A stretch of 64,000 nucleotides of DNA from Deinococcus sp. Its GTDB lineage: Bacteria; Deinococcota; Deinococci; Deinococcales; Deinococcaceae. The DNA lies in NCBI GenBank assembly GCA_965261005.1, contig OZ253375.1, forward strand, positions 1,408,001-1,472,000, given 5' to 3'. Positions 22,576 to 34,844 of this stretch are shown piece after piece. The notes under the pieces are model-generated. The model had not been told where the DNA came from, ran no database searches, and saw only the letters and a list, made by a program, of their open reading frames with translations. Made by a program: the position numbers and the translations under genes. Numbering within the stretch: position 1 is the stretch's first letter; each line of letters starts with the position of its first letter.

Positions 22576-24536
22576 GCCGCGCTATGAACGAGCGCGAGCG
22601 GCGGCTGCGCGCGGCGACCGGCAGCGCGCCGAGGACGAAGCGGCGGGCTTGGAGCCGGCCGCACGCCATCGCGCTCACCTTCAGCGTGTTTCTGGCCGCC
22701 TTCGGCTTCAAGCTCTACGATCTCCAGATTCGGCGCTACAACGAGTTCGCCACCCAAAGCGAGACCAACGTTCAGCGCGACGAGATCGTGCGCGCCCTGC
22801 GCGGCGAGATTCGCACCCGCGACGGGGTGTTGCTGGCGACCAACCGCATGGCGGTGGACTTGTTCTACAAGGGTGGCCAGGTGGCCGCTTGGCCGCAGAT
22901 TCGCTACCTCGGCGGCGTCAAGGCCGAGACCCCGCCCGCCGTACCGCCCGGCGGGGAAATCGCCCTCGCGCGCAACCTCCCCCCCGACAGAATCGCCGCC
23001 CTGCACGAGTACACCGTGCTCCAGCCCAACTTGGAACTGCGCGAGCGCTTGGAGCGGGTCTACCCGCAGGGCACCTTCGCGGCCCACCTGCTGGGCTACG
23101 TAGGTGAGGCCAACCAGCAGGAGGTGGAGGGAGGCGGCTACGCGCTGGAGGACCTGACCGGCCGCAGCGGCGTGGAGGCGAGCTTGGAGCACGCCCTGCG
23201 CGGGCGCAACGGCGTGCGCCGGGTGGAGGTGACGGCGGCCGGCCGGTCCATCGCGGCGCGGGTGGTGGATCCCGGCCAAAAGGGCGGAACGGTCACGCTG
23301 ACCATTGACAGCACCCTTCAGCGCGCCGCCGAGCGCGCCCTGCAAGCGGCGCTCGGCAACATCAACAGGGGACGTGCCAAGTACGGCAAGCCGCCCGAGA
23401 CGGTCGTGAAGGGCGCCATCGTCGCCCTCGACCCGCGCACGGGGGAGGTGCTGGCGCTGGCGTCCAGCCCGGTGTACAACCCCAACTGGTTCGCCCAGTC
23501 GCCGCGCCCGCCGGAACTGGTGGCGGCCCTCAAGGGGGAAGGCGGCAACGCGCTGCTCAACCGCGCCATTCAGAATTTCGATTCGGGCAGCGTCTTCAAG
23601 CCGACCTCGACCAACGCGATTCTCGAATACTACGGCGACCCGACCTACACCTGCTCGGTCGGCTTTCTGTTCAGCGGTCGGGTCTGGCACAACTGGGCGC
23701 ACCGGGGCCTGGGCGACGTGGATGGGCGCGGCGCCATCGCCAAGTCGTGCAACACCTGGTACTACCAAGTGGCGGCGAACGTGCCCGACCGGGCGGTCTA
23801 CGCCCAGCACCTCGCCGACCGCGCCGAACAGCTCGGCTTCGGCGCGAAGACCGGGCTGGAGTTGCCGGGGGAAAAGACCGGCAACGTGCCCAGCCCCAAA
23901 AAGTTCGCCGAGCGCAACTTGCCGTGGTGGCCGGGCTTCAGCCTCAACTACGGCATCGGGCAAGGCGACCTGCTGGTCACGCCCGCCCAGATCGCCGCCG
24001 TCTTGTCCACGCTGGAAAACGAGGGCCTCAAGCGGCCCCTGACGCTGGTGCAGGCGACAGGCGGCGAGGCCCAGTTCCCCAAGCCGGCGCAGCAGGTGCC
24101 GGGGAACCCCAAGAACTACCAACTGGTCAAGCAGGGGATGGCCTGGACGGTCTCCACCCACGACGGCACCGCCTCCACCGTGCTGGGCCGGGGCCTTTTC
24201 CCGGTGCTCACCGCCGGCAAGACCGGCACCGCCCAAAACGCCGAGAGCCGCCGCCAAGACAGCAACGCCTACACCAACTCGTGGTACGAAGGGTACGGTC
24301 CGCTGTCAGATCCGAACTTTCTGGTGGTCTCCTTTTTCGAGAACGGCGGCGAGGGCTACGACGTGGGTTTGCCCGCCGCCACCGAGATGTTCGCGGCCAG
24401 GTGGTGTCTGAAGCTGGATGGCCGCTTGCGGGTGCTGCCGAACCAGACCCCCTGCACCGGGGAGTTGGGGCCGGAGGTGCGCGCCAAGATGAAGCGGGTG
24501 TTCTTTTCCAAAGGGCCGGAGACGGCCAGCCGGTAG
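22572..24536 (+). CDS. mrdA: Class B penicillin-binding protein (PBP2)
   Basis: RGEIRTRDG, GSVFK (SxxK), SCN (SxN), KTGTAQ. Confidence 0.9.
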   Translation: MSRAMNERERRLRAATGSAPRTKRRAWSRPHAIALTFSVFLAAFGFKLYDLQIRRYNEFATQSETNVQRDEIVRALRGEIRTRDGVLLATNRMAVDLFYKGGQVAAWPQIRYLGGVKAETPPAVPPGGEIALARNLPPDRIAALHEYTVLQPNLELRERLERVYPQGTFAAHLLGYVGEANQQEVEGGGYALEDLTGRSGVEASLEHALRGRNGVRRVEVTAAGRSIAARVVDPGQKGGTVTLTIDSTLQRAAERALQAALGNINRGRAKYGKPPETVVKGAIVALDPRTGEVLALASSPVYNPNWFAQSPRPPELVAALKGEGGNALLNRAIQNFDSGSVFKPTSTNAILEYYGDPTYTCSVGFLFSGRVWHNWAHRGLGDVDGRGAIAKSCNTWYYQVAANVPDRAVYAQHLADRAEQLGFGAKTGLELPGEKTGNVPSPKKFAERNLPWWPGFSLNYGIGQGDLLVTPAQIAAVLSTLENEGLKRPLTLVQATGGEAQFPKPAQQVPGNPKNYQLVKQGMAWTVSTHDGTASTVLGRGLFPVLTAGKTGTAQNAESRRQDSNAYTNSWYEGYGPLSDPNFLVVSFFENGGEGYDVGLPAATEMFAARWCLKLDGRLRVLPNQTPCTGELGPEVRAKMKRVFFSKGPETASR

Positions 24537-25904
24537 CTACTCCGCGCCCAGGCCAGATCGCCGCGCCGCCCCCGCCTCCAGCCAAGCCTTGTCCTCGACC
24601 CGGCGCAAGGCGGGGTTGAACAGCTGCAAGGCCAGAAAGATGGCCAGCGCGGCGCCCAGCCACAGGATCACGCGGGCGGGATCGAAAAAGCCGCCGGCGA
24701 TCCCGGCCAAAACGGTCGCCACCGGCCCGGTGAACTGCGCGATCAGGCGCCGCACGCTGAAGACCCGCCCCTGAAGGGCCGGCTCCACCTGGGTTTGCCA
24801 GATGGTCTGGGAATGGACGTTGGCGAAGGGACCCGTCGCGGCCCCCAGGGCGCCCAGGGCCGCGCTCAGGTAGAGGTTGTGCGACAGGCCGAAGCCGATC
24901 ATGGCGAGGCCCTCCAGCCCCAGGGGAATCAGGACGCCCAGCACCCGCCGCCGCTTGAGGCCGCCCCAGGCGCTCACGAACACACCGCCCAACACCCCGC
25001 CCAGGCCGATCACGGTCGCCAGCAGGGCCAGGGCCGAGGCGAAGGTGAGGCCACGCGCTTCCCAATCGGCGGCCAAGGTGAACTTGACGATCAGGGGTTC
25101 CAGGACGCCGAGGGGCGTGATGGCGAAGTTGGCGACCGCGAAGGTGCCCAGCAGCCACAGCAAGGGGCGCCGCGCCCAGATGTAGCGGAAGCCGAAGGCC
25201 ACGTCGCTCAGCAGCTTGCCCTGCGCCGCCCGGTCGCGCGGGGGCGTGGGGATGAAGAGCCGGGTGAGCACCGTTCCGGCGATCAAAAACGTGGTGGCGT
25301 CCAGTAGAAAGACCAGGGACGTGCCGCTTTCCAGCCAGGCGGGCACGCTCAGGTCGCCTTTGGCGGCGAGGGCGGGCAGGGCAATCAAGCTGGCGGCCAA
25401 GCCCGGCGCGATCAGGCCCGCCACGCTCCAAAGGGTCTGCATCAGGCCGTTGGCGCGCGGCAACCTCTCGGGCGGCACCAGCACGGCGTAGCTGGTGTCA
25501 AAGGCCGAGCCGTGAAAGGCCCCGAACACCGACCCCAGCGCCAGCAGAACGATCAGGAGCGGCAAAGACAGCACGCCCAGGGCGGCGCAGACGGCCAGCG
25601 TGAGCGACGTCAGCGCGCTGCCGAGGTCGCAGGCCAGCATAATGCGCCGCCGGTCGTGACGGTCGGCCCAGGCGCCCGCGATGGGGGCGCCGAAGACGGC
25701 CGGCAAGGCGAAGGCGAGGCTGACCAGCGCGAGGGCCAGGGCCAATTGCGGCTTTTGCTCGGGCGCGGGGTAGAGCGTCCGCGCCAGGTAGATGTTGACC
25801 ACAAAGTACGTGAGCGCGCTGCCGATCACCGAGACCGACTGGCTCGCCCACAGAACCAAAAAGGTGCGCCAGCCGCCTTGGGGCGGAACGACAGAAGCGG
25901 TCAT
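24537..25904 (-). CDS. MFS transporter (DHA3/MefA-like)
   Basis: LWASQSVS, AGAWADRHDRRRIM, LQGRVFS. Confidence 0.9.
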   Translation of the reverse strand: MTASVVPPQGGWRTFLVLWASQSVSVIGSALTYFVVNIYLARTLYPAPEQKPQLALALALVSLAFALPAVFGAPIAGAWADRHDRRRIMLACDLGSALTSLTLAVCAALGVLSLPLLIVLLALGSVFGAFHGSAFDTSYAVLVPPERLPRANGLMQTLWSVAGLIAPGLAASLIALPALAAKGDLSVPAWLESGTSLVFLLDATTFLIAGTVLTRLFIPTPPRDRAAQGKLLSDVAFGFRYIWARRPLLWLLGTFAVANFAITPLGVLEPLIVKFTLAADWEARGLTFASALALLATVIGLGGVLGGVFVSAWGGLKRRRVLGVLIPLGLEGLAMIGFGLSHNLYLSAALGALGAATGPFANVHSQTIWQTQVEPALQGRVFSVRRLIAQFTGPVATVLAGIAGGFFDPARVILWLGAALAIFLALQLFNPALRRVEDKAWLEAGAARRSGLGAE

Positions 25905-25960
25905 GAGGCCAGCATAAACGGCGGCCGGTTCGGCGCCCTAAGCAAAATGGCTTGCCCCGG

Positions 25961-26494
25961 CTACGCCCCGCGCGCCAGCTTTTTGCGCTCGGCCACCGCC
26001 AGCTGGTCCACCCGCTCGTTCTCGCCGTGTCCGGCGTGGCCGCGCACCCACACGAAGGTGAGGCTGTGCCGCCCCGCCTCTAGAATCAGGGCCTCCCACA
26101 AGTCCTGGTTCTTCACCGGCGCCTTGCTCGCCGTTTTCCAGCCGTTGCGCTGCCAGTTCAGAATCCAGCGGTCGGTGAAAGCTTTTCGCAGGTATTGGCT
26201 GTCGGTCACCACCCGCACATTGCAGGGCCGTTTGAGGGCGCGCAAACCGGAGAAGAGCGCCAGGAGTTCCATGCGGTTGTTGGTGGTCTCACGCTCGCCG
26301 CCCGACAGCACCAGTTCCCGCTCCCCAAACTTCAGAATGGTCGCCCAGCCGCCCAGCCCCTTTGTGGTGTCACAAGCCCCGTCGCAAAAGAGGTCCACGC
26401 TTTCCCCGGTGACGGGCTGCGGGGGTTGAATGCAGGCCGGCAGCGGCAGCAGGTCGCGCGCGCCGGAGGGTTTGGGGCGGAAGGGACGGGACAT
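25961..26494 (-). CDS. rnhA: Ribonuclease HI
   Basis: DGAC, TTNNRMEL, TDSQY, VKNQDLW, WVRGHAGHGENERVD. Confidence 0.95.
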   Translation of the reverse strand: MSRPFRPKPSGARDLLPLPACIQPPQPVTGESVDLFCDGACDTTKGLGGWATILKFGERELVLSGGERETTNNRMELLALFSGLRALKRPCNVRVVTDSQYLRKAFTDRWILNWQRNGWKTASKAPVKNQDLWEALILEAGRHSLTFVWVRGHAGHGENERVDQLAVAERKKLARGA

Positions 26495-26513
26495 AAGGGG
26501 CTACCCTAACACG

Positions 26514-27584
26514 CTACAGGGCCGGAAAGTAGTACACCGCGAAGCCCAGAATGGCGTACACGCCCAACAGCAGGGCGCCCTCCAGCCAATTGGTCTCGCC
26601 ATCGTTCGCCACCGAGTTGGCGATCAACACGCCCGCGCCCACCGCCACCAACTCCAGCGGCGTGACGACCAAGTCCATCGGCTTCCCCATGAACAGCGAG
26701 GCCAGCACCAACACGGGCGCCACCAAGAGGGCGACCTGCACCGTCGAGCCGAGCGCGATGGTGACGGCGAGGTCCATCTTGTTGCGAATGGCGAACAGCA
26801 CGGCGGCGGCGTGCTCGGCCGCGTTGCCGATAATCGGAATCAGGATCAGGCCCACGAAGAACTCGCTGAGGCCCAGCGCGGCGGTCGCCTCCTCCAGGCT
26901 GCCGACCAGGTACTCGGACAGAAAGGCCACCAGCACCGTCGCCCCCAGCAGGACGCCCACCGCCAGCGCCGCCGGCCAGACCTTGCCGTGAACCTCGTCC
27001 GCGTCGCCGGCGGCGGACAGCAGGTCCCGGTGGGTGAACAGCGAAAAGACGATGTTGAGGACGTACAGAACGATCAGGATGACAGCGGTCGCGTCCGAGA
27101 GGCTGATGTCGAGGGCCGCCGCCCGCTCGGCCGTCTCCGCGCCGCGCGCCACCGCGTCGAAGATGGTCGGGATCAGCAGCCCGATCACGCTGAGGGTCAG
27201 CATCGAGGTGATGGTGCCCGCCGAGCGCGGATTGAAGGTCTGCGTCTTGTAACGCAGCCCGCCCAGCAGCACCGCGAGGCCCAGCACCAGCAGCAAGTTC
27301 CCCAGAATCGAACCCACGATGCTCGCCTTCACCACCTCAATCTTGCCCGCGCTCAAGGCAAAAAAGGCGATGATCAGCTCGGTCGCGTTGCCGAAGGTCG
27401 CGTTGAGCAGGCCGCCGATGGCGCTGCTGGTCCGGGCGGCCAGCTCCTCGGTCGCGCGGCCCATCCAGCCCGCCAGCGGCACGATGCCCAGGGCCGACGT
27501 GACAAAGACCCAGGTGCCGGAGGCGCCCGTCAGCTCCAGCACGAAGGCGACCGGCACGAACAGGAGCATCAGGTTGAGCCACAT
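26514..27584 (-). CDS. Ca2+/H+ antiporter (CAX/ChaA family)
   Basis: GLLNATFGNATELI, GSILGNLLLV, IIGNAAEH; TACACT-N7-ATG start. Confidence 0.93.
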   Translation of the reverse strand: MWLNLMLLFVPVAFVLELTGASGTWVFVTSALGIVPLAGWMGRATEELAARTSSAIGGLLNATFGNATELIIAFFALSAGKIEVVKASIVGSILGNLLLVLGLAVLLGGLRYKTQTFNPRSAGTITSMLTLSVIGLLIPTIFDAVARGAETAERAAALDISLSDATAVILIVLYVLNIVFSLFTHRDLLSAAGDADEVHGKVWPAALAVGVLLGATVLVAFLSEYLVGSLEEATAALGLSEFFVGLILIPIIGNAAEHAAAVLFAIRNKMDLAVTIALGSTVQVALLVAPVLVLASLFMGKPMDLVVTPLELVAVGAGVLIANSVANDGETNWLEGALLLGVYAILGFAVYYFPAL

Positions 27585-27620
27585 GGCGGCAAGTGTAGCA
27601 GGGGGATTGGGATTCTCTTC

Positions 27621-28045
27621 GAGCTTCCGGGCGGTCCCCCACCCCCCAACCCCCCTACCCCCAAAGGGGGCAGGGGGGCTTTTCGCTGCGCTCGGCATGG
27701 CACGTTGGGCCGCGCGGGTGAGCCGGCGGCGTCCGACTTGGTCCGTGCGAGGGAGAGTGCCGGCTTAACTTCTTTGCCGCGATCACGGCCCGTGGAGGGC
27801 GCTTTTGGGCGCCCGTGGGACGGGTAGAAAAAGCGAACAAGCCTCTATCTTTTCTCCCCGCTCCCCCGTTACCGGCTCACCGCCTTTGCACCAAGAAGTT
27901 TTCGTGTGGGCGGCAGTGACCCGGTAACGAATCCAGCGATTCACAGCGGCCCACCGCTCCAGCCGACGGACGTGCCGAGCGCAGCGGAAAGCCCCCTGCC
28001 CCCTTTGGGGGTAGGGGGTTGGGGGTGGGGGCCACCCGGAAGCTC
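27621..28045. repeat. Non-coding repeat element, copy 2 (~425 bp, ~75-bp terminal inverted repeats)
   Basis: GAGCTTCCGGG...CCCGGAAGCTC ends; interior blocks shared with 5313-5793, e.g. ACCGGCTCACCGCCTTTGCACCAAG and TAACGAATCCAGCGA. Confidence 0.85.
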
Positions 28046-28073
28046 AACCGCAACCAACCAACAAACACCGCAA

Positions 28074-28979
28074 TTACAGCTCGCGCGCCCACGTCACCCA
28101 CATCGGGCTGACCGCGTAGCCGAGCTTCTGATTCACGCGCAGCATGGGCAAGTTCATCACCGTGCCGCCGGTGCCGGCCTCCAGATAACCCTCCCCTTTC
28201 GCCCAGGCCAGCGCGCGGGCCTTGAGCAGGGTGGCGAGGCCGCGCCCACGGTGGGGGGCGGCGACGGCGGTGTGGCCGGACTCGACCTCCCCTTTCCGCG
28301 CGCTCAGGGCCGTGTAGCCGGCCAGCTCCCCCTTGCGAAGGGCGGCGAAGACTCGCCCGCCCAGCACGTCCTCCCGGAACTGTGCGTAGGAACTGGCAAC
28401 GTGCGTGGTGGTGGGGTTGTACGGCGTGTCCGCGCGCACGGCCAGGAAAAGGGCGTAGAGGGCGTGTCCCAGCGGCCCGTCCTGGCGGCCCGTCACGTCC
28501 TCGACCTCGAAGCCGTCCAGAAAGAGGCGTTCTTCCAGGGCTTGGTACGGGGTGAAGTCGAAGACGGAGAGGTCGAGGTGCGCGCCCCACGACTGCCACC
28601 TGTTCTGAAAGCCGGCCGCCGACAGAAAGGGCATGTCGGCCAAGTCCTCGCGGGTGACGCTTTGCAGGCTCCTTTGGCGGTACGGGGCGACGCGGGCCAG
28701 CAAGTCGGCGTAGAGGGGCAGGTACGCGGCGGGGACGCCGGACAGCTGAAAGCGCAGCGTGCCGGGCAGACCGTCCACCGGGGCGAAGCTGAGGCCGGCG
28801 GCAATCTCGCCCTCTTCTTCTGCACTCAGGCGACCGGCCAAGGGGCCGTATTGGGCGCGCTGGGCTGAGTCTACGCGCTCTAGCCCCTCGGCGGTGTAAG
28901 CCCAGTGGTGCAGGTAGTGGGCGCTTTGGAGTTCGGCGAGTTTGGGATAATCGGCGTCTGTGGCTGCTCGGATGATCAA
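28074..28979 (-). CDS. GNAT family acetyltransferase (tandem domain)
   Basis: IRAATDADY; TAVAAPHRGRGLATLLK; NLPMLRVNQKLGY; AGGAG RBS. Confidence 0.88.
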   Translation of the reverse strand: MIIRAATDADYPKLAELQSAHYLHHWAYTAEGLERVDSAQRAQYGPLAGRLSAEEEGEIAAGLSFAPVDGLPGTLRFQLSGVPAAYLPLYADLLARVAPYRQRSLQSVTREDLADMPFLSAAGFQNRWQSWGAHLDLSVFDFTPYQALEERLFLDGFEVEDVTGRQDGPLGHALYALFLAVRADTPYNPTTTHVASSYAQFREDVLGGRVFAALRKGELAGYTALSARKGEVESGHTAVAAPHRGRGLATLLKARALAWAKGEGYLEAGTGGTVMNLPMLRVNQKLGYAVSPMWVTWAREL

Positions 28980-29050
28980 GGGGATACTCCTGAGATGAAT
29001 TGGGCGTGGCCGCGCTCAATCCCAGGGTGGCAGACGCGCCGGAAAGCCAC

Positions 29051-29083
29051 AAAAAAAGCGGGTACGCCAAATGACGTACCCGC
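29051..29083 (-). terminator. Intrinsic terminator
   Basis: Minus strand GCGGGTACGTCA-TT-TGGCGTACCCGC followed by T7. Confidence 0.8.
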
Positions 29084-29096
29084 CCCCGCCCGACTG

Positions 29097-29543
29097 CTAT
29101 CTGTTGGTGTCGCCTTCCGGCCACACGTCTCGCTGGGCCGCCGCGTTGTCGGCGTAGTCGCCGGCGTCGGGGGCCGCTTCGAGTTCCACCGGCGGGCGGG
29201 CGCGCGACAGGCGCTCCTCGAAGCGGTCCATGGCGGCGTTCAAGTCGTCGCCGGCCGAACCGTCCGGGTCGCTCGGCGCCGCTTGGCCGTCCGGGTAGAC
29301 CCGTTCCCGGTAGTCGCACAGCGCCCGCGCCAGCAGGTAGGTCTCGCGGTTCATGTCGAGGTCGTCCTCGGATCCGGTCAGGCCCTTCAGGTTGGCCGGC
29401 GCCGCCACCGGGCGCGCGATGGTGCCGATCACCTGCCGGACCCAGCCGGTCAGCTCGGGGCGCAAGTCGGGAAACAGGGTCAGGGCGGAATCCAGCAGGT
29501 TCAGCGCCTTGTTTTCGGGGTGAAGCGTCATAAACGAGGTCAT
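29097..29543 (-). CDS. Hypothetical protein
   Basis: Good codon bias, TAGCAT-N5-ATG, terminator immediately downstream. Confidence 0.65.
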   Translation of the reverse strand: MTSFMTLHPENKALNLLDSALTLFPDLRPELTGWVRQVIGTIARPVAAPANLKGLTGSEDDLDMNRETYLLARALCDYRERVYPDGQAAPSDPDGSAGDDLNAAMDRFEERLSRARPPVELEAAPDAGDYADNAAAQRDVWPEGDTNR

Positions 29544-29635
29544 GCCCCATGCTAAGAGGACCGTCCCGCGGGCGCCCCTACGTGAACGCTTGCTGAATAT
29601 AAAAAAGCGATTATTCACGAAGTCACATTCACTCA

Positions 29636-29652
29636 TACTGTTTATAGCGTAA
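29636..29652. promoter_or_regulatory. RDRM-like (DdrO-box) 17-bp palindrome
   Basis: TACTGTTTATAGCGTAA, one deviation from consensus; lies between TTCACT (29628) and TAATCT (29650). Confidence 0.55.
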
Positions 29653-29821
29653 TCTGAGGTCGCTGAACCGGGAGCGCCGTGGGTGTGCTCATCAAGCGAG
29701 GTTCGGACGGAGCCAAAACAGAAGCCTTGAAAGGGAGAGCTGGACCCGCGCGGGTCCAGCTCTCCCTCACATCTGAAGCGGGCCTACAAGTCGCTCGGCC
29801 CTTCGCGTTCAGAATGCGGCG

Positions 29822-31021
29822 GTGAGCGCTTTGAGCGTCTGTATCGTCGGCGGGGGGCCGGCCGGCATGGTGCTGGCGCTGCTCCTCGGGCGCGCCGGCG
29901 TCCCGGTCACCTTGCTGGAGGCGGCGCGCGACTTCGACCGCTCGTTTCGCGGCGACACGCTGCACCCCGCGACGCTGGAACTGATGGCGCGCCTGGGCCT
30001 GGCCGAGCGGCTGCTGGAACTGGAGCACACCAGGGCGCGGCGGGCGCGCTTCATCTCGCCCACGCACACCCAGACGGTGGCCGACTTTGGCTGCCTCAAC
30101 ACGCCCTTTCCCTTCCTGGCCGTGATGAAGCAGGCGTACTTTCTGGAGTTTTTATACGCCGAGCTGCGTCTCCTGCCGAACGTCCGTTTGGAGCTGGGCG
30201 CGCGGGTCGAGGGGTTGGTTAAAGACGGGGGCGAGGTGGAAGGCGTGCGCTACCGGCAAGGGGGTCAGCCGCGCGAGCTGCGCGCGGCCCTGACGGTCGG
30301 CGCCGACGGGCGCCACTCCAAGGTGCGCGCCCTCTCGGACCTGCCGCTGCGCCGCCTGTCGCCGGGGCAAGACGTGCTGTGGTTCGCCTTGCCGCGCCGC
30401 GCGGGGGACCCCGGCGGCTCAGTGGACCTCTACCTGGGCGGGCCGCACTGCCTGGTCACCACCGACCACGGCGAGCGCTGGCAGGTGGGCTACAGCATCG
30501 CCAAGGGCAGCTACCAAGCGGCGCGGGCACGGGGCGTGGGGGCGGTGCGGCGGGCGGTGCGCGACACCATTCCCTGGCTGGCGGACCGCGCGGACCTCTT
30601 GAGCGATTGGCGGCAGCTGCACCTGCTGTCGGTGGAGGTCGCGCGCCTGGACCGGTGGTACAAGCCGGGCCTGCTCCTGATCGGGGACGCGGCCCATCCC
30701 ATCTCCCCCATCGGCGGCCTCGGCATCAACATGGCGATTCAGGACGCGGTGGCGGCGGCCAATGGGTTGACCCGGCCGCTCTTGTCGGGCGCGCTGCGGG
30801 AGCGCGACCTCGCCCGCGTGCAGCGGGGCCGCGCGTGGCAGATCGCGCTGCTTCAGGCCCAGCAGGTGGTCGAGGAGCGCGAGGTGGTGGGCCTTCACGG
30901 CGGCGCCACGTTGCACGTTCCCTTGCTGGCGCTGCGGCTGCTGCTGGGGGTGCCGGGCCTGCGCCGCCTGCCGGGGTACGTCACGGCCTACGGGCTGTGG
31001 CCGGTGCGGCTGCGGACGTAG
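29822..31021 (+). CDS. FAD-dependent monooxygenase/oxidoreductase
   Basis: [37 protein letters not shown]. Confidence 0.9.
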   Translation: MSALSVCIVGGGPAGMVLALLLGRAGVPVTLLEAARDFDRSFRGDTLHPATLELMARLGLAERLLELEHTRARRARFISPTHTQTVADFGCLNTPFPFLAVMKQAYFLEFLYAELRLLPNVRLELGARVEGLVKDGGEVEGVRYRQGGQPRELRAALTVGADGRHSKVRALSDLPLRRLSPGQDVLWFALPRRAGDPGGSVDLYLGGPHCLVTTDHGERWQVGYSIAKGSYQAARARGVGAVRRAVRDTIPWLADRADLLSDWRQLHLLSVEVARLDRWYKPGLLLIGDAAHPISPIGGLGINMAIQDAVAAANGLTRPLLSGALRERDLARVQRGRAWQIALLQAQQVVEEREVVGLHGGATLHVPLLALRLLLGVPGLRRLPGYVTAYGLWPVRLRT

Positions 31022-31049
31022 GGCGCGCCTTTGCCTGTATCTTGCCTGT

Positions 31050-33512
<2,463 letters not shown>

Positions 33513-33522
33513 GCGGGGGCCG

Positions 33523-34683
33523 CTACTCCTCTTCCAGCCGGGCGCGGCCCAGCAGTTCCAGCGCCGCCTCGCCGGACGGCGGGTGCATCAGGCCGGCGCG
33601 GGCGTCGCGGAAAAAGCGCTCCAGCGCCGAGCCGGGCGCCAAGGCCGCGCCGCCGGCGGCGCGCAGCGCCAGGTCGGTCGCGCGGGCGGCGGCGTCCGTG
33701 CAGGCGAACTTGGCGGCGGCCAAGTGGGGCAGCAGCGCCCCCCGCACCTCCGGGCGGCGCGACCAAGCCCGCGTGGCCCGGTCCAGCAAAGCCTCCGCCT
33801 GGGCCAGCGTCAGCTCGATCTCCCCCACCGCCGCTTGAATCTTCGGCAGGGTCGCGATGGGCCGCCCGAGGGCGCTGGGCACGCGCGTGCGGGCGTAGCC
33901 CATCAGCGCGTCCAGGGCGCCCCAGCCGACGCCCAGGTAGGTGGCGGCCACCGCGCCCCAGAACCAAGCGGCGCCGCTGGAGGACTTCTCGTTCGTGGGC
34001 GGAATGGCAAAGGCGTCGGGCACGAACACGTCTGAGAACACGACGTCGTGCGAGCCGCTGCCGCGCAGCGCGAGGGCGCCGTCCCAAGTGCGCTCTATGC
34101 TTACCCCCGCCGTGTCGGAAGGCAGCACGAAGCGCCACACCTCGTCCCCGACCGCCGCCGTCACCGCCAGGAAGTCCAGGGCCGGGGCGCCGGTGGACCA
34201 GGTCTTGCGCCCCGTCAGCTGCCAGCCGCCCGGCACTTGAACGGCCCTCGTCTGCGGCAGCCCCCCGCGCGACGGGCTGCCGAGTTCCGGCTCGCTGGCG
34301 AGGGCGTTGGTCAGGGCGCCGCGCTCCACGGCGGCGCGGGCGACCAGGTCGTAGAGGGGCGCCGGCCAGCCGCCCCCCTCGCCGAGGCCGCCCAGCACGT
34401 GGCCGTTCATGGCCGCGATCAGGGCCAGCGAGGCGTCGGCCCGCCCCAGGCGCGTCTGAACCAGCGCAAACTCGTGCAGGGTGGCCCCGCCCCCGCCCAG
34501 CCGCCCCGGCACCGTGAGGGCCGGGAGGCCGCTCGCCTTGAGGGCGGCGACGGCCGCTTGGGATACTGTCCCCGCGCGGTCGGCCTCGGCGGCATGGGCG
34601 GCGAAGACTTGGGCCAAGTCGTCCGCCCGCCCCAGCAGGGCCGCCTCGCGCGGGGACAGGTCGGGCAGGTCGGGCAGCGTCAT
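33523..34683 (-). CDS. Acyl-CoA dehydrogenase family protein
   Basis: SEPELGS, LTGRKTWSTG, LRGSGSHDV, LERFFRDAR. Confidence 0.88.
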   Translation of the reverse strand: MTLPDLPDLSPREAALLGRADDLAQVFAAHAAEADRAGTVSQAAVAALKASGLPALTVPGRLGGGGATLHEFALVQTRLGRADASLALIAAMNGHVLGGLGEGGGWPAPLYDLVARAAVERGALTNALASEPELGSPSRGGLPQTRAVQVPGGWQLTGRKTWSTGAPALDFLAVTAAVGDEVWRFVLPSDTAGVSIERTWDGALALRGSGSHDVVFSDVFVPDAFAIPPTNEKSSSGAAWFWGAVAATYLGVGWGALDALMGYARTRVPSALGRPIATLPKIQAAVGEIELTLAQAEALLDRATRAWSRRPEVRGALLPHLAAAKFACTDAAARATDLALRAAGGAALAPGSALERFFRDARAGLMHPPSGEAALELLGRARLEEE

Positions 34684-34808
34684 GGCCCCAGCCTACGGCA
34701 AGACCGGCCCGCTGCCCAGCGCGCCCCCCGGAAGGCATTCTCAACACAAACTCCGCCCCAAAGTACGTTCCGGCGCCCCTTGACATTCAGCCCTCCCGAC
34801 ACTTTTTC

Positions 34809-34838
34809 TTGACACGAAGCTGACGCGCTGACTAGGAT
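34809..34838 (+). promoter_or_regulatory. Sigma70 promoter for leaderless NUDIX-regulator mRNA
   Basis: TTGACA-N18-TAGGAT-N6-ATG. Confidence 0.6.
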
Positions 34839-34844
34839 TGTGTT

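Noticed and set aside
29679..29825. 48-codon GTG ORF crossing the 36-bp palindrome and overlapping the oxidoreductase start
   Set aside because: Atypical codons and no motif; it runs through a perfect palindrome, so a non-coding role is more plausible
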